Assembly (NCBI GenBank): GCA_044344255.1
Contig: JBIJDH010000007.1
Span: 214,082 to 278,081, forward strand
Length of the DNA stretch: 64,000 nt
Direction: 5' to 3'
Source: Myxococcota bacterium
GTDB lineage: Bacteria; Myxococcota_A; UBA796; UBA2385
Shown here: piece by piece, positions 40,726 through 49,452 of the stretch
How positions within the stretch are numbered: the first letter of the stretch is position 1
Layout: every line of letters starts with the position of its first letter
Translations under genes and position numbers: made by a program
The notes under the pieces: generated by a model
Seen by the model: the letters and a program-made list of their open reading frames with translations, nothing else
Told to the model about the DNA's origin: nothing
Database searches by the model: none

Positions 40726-41985
40726 GTGGCAAGCTGCACGACAGGGGCGGACGGCAGGGTGTTCCTGAGGTCGGTCCTGTTGATTCTCTCCGCGATGGGC
40801 CAGTTGTTCAACCCTCCCCTACCGGCGGTCCTCGTCGCCCTCCAACCGCCTCGGGAGGCCTCCCGCGCTTCCGGCGTCCGCGTGGCGCCCGCCCGGAGTT
40901 GTCGTCAGGCTCGTCGGTCGGCGCCGATAGTTGCGGGGCTGCTGGTCTCGTTGTGCATCTCGTCATGCCGCAGCGGGATGGGAAAGGCGTCGGCACACAC
41001 GGAGGGGAATGACACGGCTCCGATTGGTGCGGACTCCGGCGGGGACTCCGGAGCGGTCGCTCCTCTTCCATGGGAGGCAATACTGTGGGACGAGGTTCAA
41101 ATCGAGATGGTGAGCGTCCCTGCTGGGAGCTACGTCAAGGGAAGTCCAGAGGGAGAGGTCGGAAGAATCGCCGCAAGCGAGGCGCAGTACAATGTAACCC
41201 TCACTCATGCCATTGAGGTCAGCACCAAGGAGATCGACGCCCGCACCTTCATGGCTTCTGGATTCCAGGGCGACTGGGCGACAACATACGTGTGCGATCT
41301 TTGCGATGGTGAGTGTGGTACCTGCCCGATGAGCGTGTGGGACTCTTTCGACGCAAAGTGGTTCGCGAACCAATTGTCCCTACGCGCTGGACTGGAAGAG
41401 TGCTATGACTGTGCCGAAGATGTGGGGTCAGCCTCTGGCGGCAATTTCAGTTGCACTCTTAAGGGGAACCCCTACGAGTGTGCTGGTTATCGCGTGCCGA
41501 CCGACGCCGAATGGGAATACGTCGCGCGTGCGGGGGACACGGCGGCATTTCCATGGGGAGCAGAAATTCTCGCCGGCACCGAGGAAGACTGTGAGGATGA
41601 GACTCTTCGACTGAGCGACGAGACCATCCTCGGGGATTATGCCGTTTACTGCGGAAACTCCGTAACTGACTCCTACGAGTTTCTCTCGAAGACTGCACCG
41701 ACCGGCAGCAAGCCGCCGAATGCTTGGGGGATTTATGATACATCGGGCAACGCGGCGGAGTGGGTGGAGGACCGATGGCATGAAGATCCGTCCGCAGAGG
41801 GATCGGTGAGTGATCCCTATTACAAGTGGGATGGCGAATGGCTCGACTACGTCACGGTTCGGGGGTACAACCAGCATGGCAAGCCATATTTAATGCGAAG
41901 TGCGGTGCGCATTCCGGCCAGCGTGCTCCAGACGCAGTATTACGATGCTCCTGGTTTCCGTATCGTGCGCACCCTGGACCCTTGA
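40726..41985 (+). CDS. formylglycine-generating enzyme (SUMF1) domain protein, lower GC; true start probably downstream
   Basis: VPAGSYVKGS, RVPTDAEWEYVARAG, PNAWGIYDTSGNAAEWV, GFRIVRT. Confidence 0.88.
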   Translation: MASCTTGADGRVFLRSVLLILSAMGQLFNPPLPAVLVALQPPREASRASGVRVAPARSCRQARRSAPIVAGLLVSLCISSCRSGMGKASAHTEGNDTAPIGADSGGDSGAVAPLPWEAILWDEVQIEMVSVPAGSYVKGSPEGEVGRIAASEAQYNVTLTHAIEVSTKEIDARTFMASGFQGDWATTYVCDLCDGECGTCPMSVWDSFDAKWFANQLSLRAGLEECYDCAEDVGSASGGNFSCTLKGNPYECAGYRVPTDAEWEYVARAGDTAAFPWGAEILAGTEEDCEDETLRLSDETILGDYAVYCGNSVTDSYEFLSKTAPTGSKPPNAWGIYDTSGNAAEWVEDRWHEDPSAEGSVSDPYYKWDGEWLDYVTVRGYNQHGKPYLMRSAVRIPASVLQTQYYDAPGFRIVRTLDP

Positions 41986-42137
41986 GGGACCGGGCCCGGT
42001 GTGAGTGGGAGCCATTCACTGGATGAAGACAGGTGGCGATCAGATTCACCTGGGCGCCGTCCTCGGTCGCATGGAAGACCACTACAATCCGGATCTTTGG
42101 GGTCTGCGAGCGTGGAGGCCGGCCGGCGGAGGCCAGC

Positions 42138-43277
42138 TCAATGGGCGGGCTCGACCCGACCGGCGGAGATCCGCGTCCGGGCCGCCTCGGCGGGGAGCGC
42201 CGCCTCGCTCGCCCGGTCGACCCAGGCGAGGTCGAGGGCCCAGGCGACGGCCGGGGCGGAGACGGTCACCCGCAACCGCCGCTCGGCGGGTTGACCGGGG
42301 GCGGCTGGCGGCACGGTGGTGTCCTGGTCGAGGGTCCAGGAGGTCTCGGTCGGGGTGAAGGTGCGCCGGAAGACGGCCTCGCCCACGACCTCGGCGCAGT
42401 CGAGGTCGGCGCAGAGGAGCACCACGAGGCGGCGGAAGGGGTCGCCGGTGGGGGCGCGGTGGCCGACCCCCCGGGCGCGCAGGCGGACCTCGACCTCGAG
42501 GGGGGCGAGCGCCTGCACCTCCACCGCGAGGGCGCCCTGGAGGAGGCGGGTGTCGTGACCGCCCGGGAAGGTGTGGCCGGCGTCGGCCATGTGGCAGTCG
42601 ACGCAGCCCCGGCCGGCGGCGGCGGCCTCCGAGCCCCGCCACTCGTCGAGGGTGTCCTGCAGCGGCTCCTCGCTGAGGGTGAAGGCGCCGGCCGGGGCCC
42701 CCTCGGGCGGGCTGTGGTGCTGGAAGGGGAAGTCGTGGCAGCGCCCGCAGTCCTCGGGCGCGCCGAGGCCCGGGTCGGCCTCGATGGGGTGGGCGGCGCG
42801 GGCCTGTCGGCTCGGTCGCGCGCGGGAGATCAGGGTCTCCCCGCGCAGGTGGCAGGCGGCGCAGCCCACGCCCTCCGCCGCCCGGGGGCCGCCCGCGCTG
42901 GCGCCGCGCAGCGTGTCGCCGCGGTGGAGCTGCAGGCCGGCGGGGCTGAGCTCGGCCTGCTGCGGCGGGTCGGGCAGGTGGCACTCGAGGCACCAGCCCT
43001 TCGGCCACGCCCGCCAGGAGACCTGGAAGCGCGGATCCGACCAGGCGGTGGCGTGCTGGCTCTCGGCCCAGGCGGCGTGCTCTTCGGCGTGACAGCCCGC
43101 GCAGGCGGCGGCGCTGTGCAGGTCGAGGGGCGGCGGGCCGCCGGTGTCGCCGCCCGCCGCCGCGGGGGAGGGCGGGCCGAGGAGGCCGATGCTCGCGAGC
43201 GTCAGGGCGAGGGTGAGCCGCCCGGCGGCGCGGCGCGGGGCCAAGGGAGGGCAGGGGAGGGGCAGGCGGCGCGGCAC
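42138..43277 (-). CDS. pentaheme cytochrome c (c554-like)
   Basis: Five CxxCH motifs: CAGCH, CLECH, CAACH, CGRCH, CVDCH; GHRAPTG. Confidence 0.88.
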   Translation of the reverse strand: MPRRLPLPCPPLAPRRAAGRLTLALTLASIGLLGPPSPAAAGGDTGGPPPLDLHSAAACAGCHAEEHAAWAESQHATAWSDPRFQVSWRAWPKGWCLECHLPDPPQQAELSPAGLQLHRGDTLRGASAGGPRAAEGVGCAACHLRGETLISRARPSRQARAAHPIEADPGLGAPEDCGRCHDFPFQHHSPPEGAPAGAFTLSEEPLQDTLDEWRGSEAAAAGRGCVDCHMADAGHTFPGGHDTRLLQGALAVEVQALAPLEVEVRLRARGVGHRAPTGDPFRRLVVLLCADLDCAEVVGEAVFRRTFTPTETSWTLDQDTTVPPAAPGQPAERRLRVTVSAPAVAWALDLAWVDRASEAALPAEAARTRISAGRVEPAH

Positions 43278-43342
43278 TGGAGGCCCCTATCGCCCCCGGC
43301 GCCGGCGGTCGGTTAGCCGCGAGGCGAGGGTCTCGCCCGCCG

Positions 43343-46300
43343 ATGAACATCTTCCGCAGCAATCGGCTCGAGGTCCTCATCCGGGCGCTGGGCGCGCTGG
43401 TCCGCCAGCCGATGGCAGACCCCCTCGAGCCCGAGCTCATCGTCGTCCAGAGCCTCGGCATGGAGCGGTGGGTGGCGATGGAGCTCGCCCGCCAGCACGG
43501 CGTCTGGGCCTTGCCGGAGTTCCCCTTCCCGCGGGCCTTGGTCGAGCGGCTGCTCCGCTCCCGGCCGGGCGCCCCGAAGGCCTGGGAGCTCGGCCTCCTG
43601 CCCTGGGTGGTCGCGCGCTGCCTGCCGCCGCTCCTCGCGCGCGCCGAATTCGAGCCTCTGCGCCGCTACCTGCACGGCCAGCCCGGCGGCGACGGTGACG
43701 CCCGGCGGCGGCTCGAGCTCTCCACCTCCATCGCCGCGACCTTTGACCAGTACGCCGTCTACCGGCCCGAGCTCGTCCTCGACTGGGACCGCGGCGGGGC
43801 CGAGGGCATCGACCGCGACGAGGACCGCTGGCAGCCGCACCTGTGGCGGGCCGTGGGCGACGTGCTCGGTCGCGAGGGCCACTTCGCCGCGCGCGCCCGC
43901 GCCTTCCTCGCCGAGCCGGGGGAGGGGCCCGTCCCCGGCCTGCCGCCGCGGGTGCACCTCTTCGCCCTGTCCTCGCTGCCGCCGCTCTTCGTCGACCTGC
44001 TCGTCGCCCTCGCGGCGCGGATCGAGGTCACGCTCTACCTGCCGAGCCCGAGCGAAGAGTATTGGGCCGACATCCGGCGGCGCCCGGGCGCCCGCGAGCA
44101 CGAGGTCATCGGCAACCCGCTGCTCGCCTCCCTCAGCCGGGTGGGGCGCGACCTCCAGCGTGTGCTCCTCGACCGCGCCCCCGAGGCCGCCGAGCACCCC
44201 TTCTACGTCGATCCCCTCGACGGCGTGGACGAGGCCGACGAGGCCTCCCTCGGCACCCGCCTCACGGTGCTGCAGCGCGATGTGCTCCGCCTCCGCCACC
44301 GCGCCCCACAGCTCGGCGGCCCGCGAGACGGGGACGCCCCGCCGCTCGCCCTCGAGGATGACAGCCTCACCTTCAGCTCGGCCCACAGCCCCACCCGCGA
44401 GGTGGAGGTGCTGCGCGACCGGCTGCTCGCCCTCTTCGAGGCCGATCCGAGCCTCGGCGCCCGCGACGTCTGCGTGATGACGCCGGACATCGAGCGCTTC
44501 GCCCCCTCCATCGAGGCCGTCTTCGGCACCTCCGAGCGGGAGCCCGGCTCTATCCCCTTCCGCATCGCCGACCGCGACCCCCGCCGCTCGAACCCCGTGA
44601 TGGAGGGCCTCTCGGCGCTGCTCGCCCTGCTCCGAGGCCGCCTCGAGGCGGGGGCGGTGCTCGACCTCCTGGCGCGGCCCCTCGTCGCGGCCCGCTTCGG
44701 CTTCACCCCCGAGGACCCCGACGCGCTGCGGGCCCTCGTCGAGGCGCTCGCCGTGGCCTGGGGCCTCGACGCCGCGCACCGGCAGGCGGTGGGCCAGCCC
44801 GACTTCGCCGAGGGCTCCTGGCGCTTCGGCCTCGATCGGCTGCTGCTCGGGCACGCCCTGCCCGGCGGCGACCGGCGGCTCTTCCACGGGGTGCTGCCCT
44901 GGGACGACATGGAGGGGGCGGCGGCGGCGCGGGTCGGCCGGCTCTCCCAGCTCGTCGAGGCCCTGGCGACGGCGCGGCAGGAGCAGGAGGCCCCCCGGCC
45001 GGCGGCCGAGCAGGCGGCGATGTTGCAGACCTGGCTCGACCGCTTCTTCCGCGAGGACGACGCGAGCGCCGACGCCATGCGCCTCACCCGCGCCGCCATC
45101 ACCGCGCTCGGGCGGTCGGCGACGGAGGCGGGCTTCACCGAGGCCCTGCCGCTGCAGGTCTTCGCCCAGCAGCTCGAGGCCGGCCAAGACGCCGAGGGGG
45201 CGCCCACCGGCTTCCTCACCCGCGGCGTCACCTTCTGCGCGCTCAAGCCCATCCGCTCGATCCCCTTCCGGGTCATCGCCCTGCTCGGCCTCGACGATGG
45301 TGCCTTCCCCCGCCTCGACCGCGGCGCCGGCTACGACCTCATCCGCCGCAGCCCCCGCGCCGGCGACCGCTCGGTCCGCGAGGATGACCGGCAGCTCTTC
45401 CTCGAGGCCGTGCTGAGCGCCCGCGAGCACCTCCACGTCTCCTGGTGCGGCCAGGACACCGCCGACGGCTCGAAGCGCCCCCCCTCGCCCGTGGTGAGCG
45501 AGCTGCTCGACGTCCTGCGCGACTCCTTCACCCCGCCGCCCGTGGTGGTGGAGCACCCGCTCCAGCCCTGGAGCCGCCGGGCGTATGACGGTGAGGAGCC
45601 GGCGCTGCACAGCTTCGACCCCCGCTGGAGCGCCGCCGCCGAGGCCCTCACCCGCCCCCGCGCCTCGCTCGGCCCCTTCACGCCGAGCCTGCTGCCGGCC
45701 GAGGCGCCGGGCCCCGTCGTGCGGCTCGAAGAGCTCATCCGCTTCTTCGACAACCCGGCGCGGGCCTGGCTGCAGACCGTCCTGGGGGTCCACCTCCCCG
45801 AGCCGCTCCCCCCCTTGCCGGACCGGGAGCCCCTCGAGCTCGACGCCCTCGAGCGCTGGGCGATGGGCGACGCCCTGCTCGGCCTCGTGCTCGACGACGT
45901 GCCCTGGGAGACCGCGGTCGCCCTCGTGCGCGCCCGCGGCCACCTGCCCGCCGGGGTGCCGGGCGCCATCGACGTCGAGGGGGTGGAGCGCGGCGTGACC
46001 CGGCTGGCGGCCCAGGTGCGGGCGGCCCGCGGCGGGGAGGCCCGACCCCCGGTCGAGCTCGACGCCCGCTGGGCCGAGCTCCCGCGCCTGCAGGGCCGCC
46101 TCGCCGAGCAGTGGGCCGGGGGGCAGGTGCTCCACCACTGGAGCCGCCTCTCCGGCAAGCGCCTGCTGCGGGCCTGGATCCGCCACCTCGCCTGCGCGGC
46201 CGCGGGGGGCCCGGGCGTCGTCACGCACCTGATCGGCCGGCCGGCCGAGGGGGGCGGCACGAGCGCGCTGGCCTTCGGGCCGGTGGCGGACCCCGCGGCG

Positions 46301-46591
46301 CGCCTCGCCGAGCTCTTGGGCCTCTTCCTGCGCGGCCAGCGGGAGCCGCTCCCCTTCGAGCCCGACCTGGGCTGGGCCGCCTCTCGGGCCCTCAAGAGGG
46401 GCCGCGATCCAGACGCCGCGCGCGCCGAGGCGCGGTCGGAGTTCTTGAAGCAGGTGAAGGACCGGCCGGAGCTCCGGCTCGCCTTCCGCGGGCGCGATCC
46501 CTGGGCGCCGCTGCCCGGCGGGGCCGAGGCGGAGGGGCTGATCCGGGTCGTCTTCGGCCCCCTTCAGGCGGCGCTGGGCGGCGCGGACTGA
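43343..46591 (+). CDS. recC: exodeoxyribonuclease V gamma subunit
   Basis: SNRLEVL, VQSLGMERW, FDQYAVYRP, HSPTREVEVL, RSIPFRVIALLG, FLEAVLSAR. Confidence 0.95.
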   Translation: MNIFRSNRLEVLIRALGALVRQPMADPLEPELIVVQSLGMERWVAMELARQHGVWALPEFPFPRALVERLLRSRPGAPKAWELGLLPWVVARCLPPLLARAEFEPLRRYLHGQPGGDGDARRRLELSTSIAATFDQYAVYRPELVLDWDRGGAEGIDRDEDRWQPHLWRAVGDVLGREGHFAARARAFLAEPGEGPVPGLPPRVHLFALSSLPPLFVDLLVALAARIEVTLYLPSPSEEYWADIRRRPGAREHEVIGNPLLASLSRVGRDLQRVLLDRAPEAAEHPFYVDPLDGVDEADEASLGTRLTVLQRDVLRLRHRAPQLGGPRDGDAPPLALEDDSLTFSSAHSPTREVEVLRDRLLALFEADPSLGARDVCVMTPDIERFAPSIEAVFGTSEREPGSIPFRIADRDPRRSNPVMEGLSALLALLRGRLEAGAVLDLLARPLVAARFGFTPEDPDALRALVEALAVAWGLDAAHRQAVGQPDFAEGSWRFGLDRLLLGHALPGGDRRLFHGVLPWDDMEGAAAARVGRLSQLVEALATARQEQEAPRPAAEQAAMLQTWLDRFFREDDASADAMRLTRAAITALGRSATEAGFTEALPLQVFAQQLEAGQDAEGAPTGFLTRGVTFCALKPIRSIPFRVIALLGLDDGAFPRLDRGAGYDLIRRSPRAGDRSVREDDRQLFLEAVLSAREHLHVSWCGQDTADGSKRPPSPVVSELLDVLRDSFTPPPVVVEHPLQPWSRRAYDGEEPALHSFDPRWSAAAEALTRPRASLGPFTPSLLPAEAPGPVVRLEELIRFFDNPARAWLQTVLGVHLPEPLPPLPDREPLELDALERWAMGDALLGLVLDDVPWETAVALVRARGHLPAGVPGAIDVEGVERGVTRLAAQVRAARGGEARPPVELDARWAELPRLQGRLAEQWAGGQVLHHWSRLSGKRLLRAWIRHLACAAAGGPGVVTHLIGRPAEGGGTSALAFGPVADPAARLAELLGLFLRGQREPLPFEPDLGWAASRALKRGRDPDAARAEARSEFLKQVKDRPELRLAFRGRDPWAPLPGGAEAEGLIRVVFGPLQAALGGAD

Positions 46592-46606
46592 GGGGCGCCT
46601 GCGCGC

Positions 46607-46825
46607 CTACTTGTGGCGGCGGGTGATGCGACCCTTGGTGAGGTCGTAGGGGCTGACGGCCACGGTGACGCGGTCACCGAGCACGACGCGGATGCGGTAC
46701 CGACGAAGCTTTCCGGCGAGGTGGGCGTGCACCTGCGCGCCGGCTTCGGTCTTGACGAGGAAGCTACCACCTGCGAAGACGTCTTCGATGACGCCCTCGA
46801 TTTCGATCAGATCATCACTGGCCAC
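46607..46825 (-). CDS. infA: translation initiation factor IF-1
   Basis: GTG start; ASDDLIEIEG...AHLAGKLRRYRIRVVLGDRVTVAVSPYDLTKGRI, 72 aa. Confidence 0.95.
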   Translation of the reverse strand: MASDDLIEIEGVIEDVFAGGSFLVKTEAGAQVHAHLAGKLRRYRIRVVLGDRVTVAVSPYDLTKGRITRRHK

Positions 46826-46826
46826 T

Positions 46827-48740
46827 GTGAGCTCCGGGAAGGGGCGGCGGTCTAACGAGGCGGTCCCTCGCTCACAAGGCAGACTTCGGGCGCGGCTGTG
46901 GCTCGTCACAGGCTTGTGCGCCTGCGGAGGGGCCGAGCCCGGCCCGGGGAAGGGAGACGGCGCCGCTCCGGCCGCGCTCCCCGATGGGCTCGTCATCCTC
47001 GACCACGCGCACCTCATCGACGCCCTCACCGATCGCCCCGCGGCCGCGCTCCTGCTCTCGGAGGGCCTCATCTGGGACGTGCGGGAGGCGGGGCAGGCCT
47101 GGCCGATTGATGCCCAGGTGATCGACCTCGAGGGCGCCGTGGTGGTGCCGGGCCTGATCGACGCCCACGTCCACCTCGCGCTCTCCGGGGCCACTGTGCC
47201 GGTGGGCGACACCCTCGAGGCGAACCTGCGGGCGCAGCTCGCCTGGGGCGTGCTCGGCGTGGCCGACCTCGGGGCCCCCGCCGGCCTCGCCGACGTCGCG
47301 GCGGCGGTGGACACGGGGGCGCTCGTCGGCCCGCGGATCTGGTCGGCGGGGCGCTTCCTCACCGCCGTGGGCTCGCACCCCTGCGAGGTCTACAACGACC
47401 GCAGCCTCTGCGTCTTTGTCGATGAGGAGGGCGGATCCGAAGACGCGGCGGCTGACCCTGCCGCCCTCCTCGCCCGCGCCCGTGGCTTGGACGGGGCCAA
47501 GGTCGCCCTCGCCGACGCCGCCTTCAGCCCCTGGCCCACCCCGCGCCTTGACCTCGGTGACCTCGCGCTCCTCGTCGAGGCGGCGGACGCGGCGGGCATC
47601 CCCGTCGTGGCGCACGTCGACACAGAGGCGGACGCCGAGGACGCCCTCGCCGCCGGCGTCTCCCTGCTCGCGCACCCCGTCTTCGACGCCCCCCTCGCCC
47701 GGGCGCCCGAGGGCACGGTGATGAGCACGCTCGGCGCCTTCCAGGGGACGGGCGCGCTCCTCGACGGCTCACTCCTCGCCGACGACACCCGCTACACCCC
47801 GGCGGCCGTGCGCGCGGTCTGGCAGGCCCTGTACGACGCGCCCGAGCTGCTCGCCCCCGGCTGGGCCGAGGGCAACGCCGCCTGGGCCCTCGCCGCCGCG
47901 CACAACCTCGACCTCGCCCGCGAGCAGGGGGTGCCCGTGCTCGCCGGCTCCGACGCCGGCTACTGGTTCGTGCCCCACGGCCTCGGCCTCCACCGTGAGC
48001 TCGAGGCGCTGGTCGCGGCCGGCTGGAGCCCCACCGAGGCCCTCCGCGCCGCCACCCTCGAGCCGGCGCTCGCGCTGGGCTGGGCCGACCAGGGCCTGCT
48101 CTCCCCCGGCTACCGCGCCGATCTGCTGGTGCTCGGGGCCGATCCCCGGCAGGACGTGCGGGCCCTGCGCGACATCCGGGGGCGGTGGATCGGCGGCCGC
48201 CTGTGGTCGCCCGACGACCCCCTCCGCCCCGCCGAGGCCGCCCCCCTCTCCGCCGCCGCGGGCGAGGGCTGCGTGGCCGAGGCGGACTGCGCCCCGGGCC
48301 TCCGCTGCGACGGGGTCGATCACCGCTGCGCGCCGGCCTGCGACCCGCCCTATGACCGCGTCGGGGCCTGTGACGCCGACTCCGCCTGCCTCCCCGCCGA
48401 CGGCGCGGACACGACGGACGGCGTCTGCCGGCCGCTCGAGGGCTGTGACCTCTACGCCCAGGACTGCAGCCCCCCCCTCTACGGCGAGGCCTGCGTGCCC
48501 GTCGACCTCGACACCAACCGCTGTTGGCCCGCCGGCCCGGCGGCCGAGGGCGACGCCTGCTCCTGGACCGACATCAACCTCGGCTGTGCGGCCGGCCTCT
48601 TCTGCTCCTGGATCGACAGCCGCTGCTACCGCCTCTGTGACCCCGCCCTGCCCCCGGAGGCCGGCTGTGCCGCCTGTGTGGAGCAGACGGCGGAGGGCCA
48701 GGGCTGGTTCGGCCTCTGTCTGCCGCTCGCGGCGGGCTGA
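46827..48740 (+). CDS. amidohydrolase lipoprotein with Cys-rich C-terminal extension; start uncertain
   Basis: PGLIDAHVH, VAHV, LAGSDAG, ALRAAT, GYRADLLV; lipobox-like LCAC. Confidence 0.85.
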   Translation: MSSGKGRRSNEAVPRSQGRLRARLWLVTGLCACGGAEPGPGKGDGAAPAALPDGLVILDHAHLIDALTDRPAAALLLSEGLIWDVREAGQAWPIDAQVIDLEGAVVVPGLIDAHVHLALSGATVPVGDTLEANLRAQLAWGVLGVADLGAPAGLADVAAAVDTGALVGPRIWSAGRFLTAVGSHPCEVYNDRSLCVFVDEEGGSEDAAADPAALLARARGLDGAKVALADAAFSPWPTPRLDLGDLALLVEAADAAGIPVVAHVDTEADAEDALAAGVSLLAHPVFDAPLARAPEGTVMSTLGAFQGTGALLDGSLLADDTRYTPAAVRAVWQALYDAPELLAPGWAEGNAAWALAAAHNLDLAREQGVPVLAGSDAGYWFVPHGLGLHRELEALVAAGWSPTEALRAATLEPALALGWADQGLLSPGYRADLLVLGADPRQDVRALRDIRGRWIGGRLWSPDDPLRPAEAAPLSAAAGEGCVAEADCAPGLRCDGVDHRCAPACDPPYDRVGACDADSACLPADGADTTDGVCRPLEGCDLYAQDCSPPLYGEACVPVDLDTNRCWPAGPAAEGDACSWTDINLGCAAGLFCSWIDSRCYRLCDPALPPEAGCAACVEQTAEGQGWFGLCLPLAAG

Positions 48741-48762
48741 GGGGGCAGGCCGCGAGCGGCCT

Positions 48763-49437
48763 TCAGGTGGGGAGCACGAGGCGGTGGAGGTCGAGGTAGA
48801 GGCCGGCGTTGAGCGTGTCGCGCAGCTCGTCCCAGTCGGGGCCCTCGAGCTCGGCGAGGAGGGCGCGGGGCAGGCGGAGGCGCTCCTGCTCGAGCTCACC
48901 GGGCTCCTCGATCCAGGCGAGCTCGAGGCCCTCGGCGTCGGCGAGGACGAGCCGCAGCTCCAGATCGTCGCTCAATGGGCCGCCGCGGGCGCGCAGCGTC
49001 ACGAGCTTGAGGAGCTCGAGGCTGGCCTCGTCCACGTCGGCGGCGCGGCACAAGAGCTTCTCCCGCAAGGCGGACCAGCCGAAGACCACGCGGGGCTCGA
49101 GCTCCGCGCCGATCGCGGCCGCCGCGGGAGGGGCCGAGGGGCCGAAGTGCCGCGAGAAGATGGCGACCGCGGCCTCCTCGAGCGCCGCCCACTCGCCCCG
49201 CCTGCCGTAGGGCTCGACGAGGATCCATTGCCCGCGGGGCTGGTCCAGGTAGCTGAGCTCGGGCTCCACCCGATTGGCGGCGCCGCAGGCCGGGCAGCTC
49301 AGGGCCTGGAGGCTGCCGTCGAGGATCGCCGCGCGGTGGTCAGGGCGGCGCTGGGCATTGACGTTGGTGGCCAGCGGGACGCTGAGCGAGGCGCCGCAAA
49401 CGGCGCAGGGGGTGTCTATGGTTTGGATGGTCGACAT
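48763..49437 (-). CDS. CpXC domain protein
   Basis: CAVCG...VNAQRRPDHRAAILDGSL...CPACG...YLD; RVVFGWSALREK. Confidence 0.85.
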   Translation of the reverse strand: MSTIQTIDTPCAVCGASLSVPLATNVNAQRRPDHRAAILDGSLQALSCPACGAANRVEPELSYLDQPRGQWILVEPYGRRGEWAALEEAAVAIFSRHFGPSAPPAAAAIGAELEPRVVFGWSALREKLLCRAADVDEASLELLKLVTLRARGGPLSDDLELRLVLADAEGLELAWIEEPGELEQERLRLPRALLAELEGPDWDELRDTLNAGLYLDLHRLVLPT

Positions 49438-49452
49438 GGGGGCTCCAGAGGT

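Noticed and set aside
40805..40825. Third oriIS-like motif near the low-GC FGE gene (also CCTATCCG near 30840)
   Set aside because: Similarity is too weak to separate from chance without an alignment.
46607..47362. 251-aa extended IF-1
   Set aside because: The extension is antisense to the amidohydrolase; GTG 46825 with a GGAG RBS gives the normal 72 aa.
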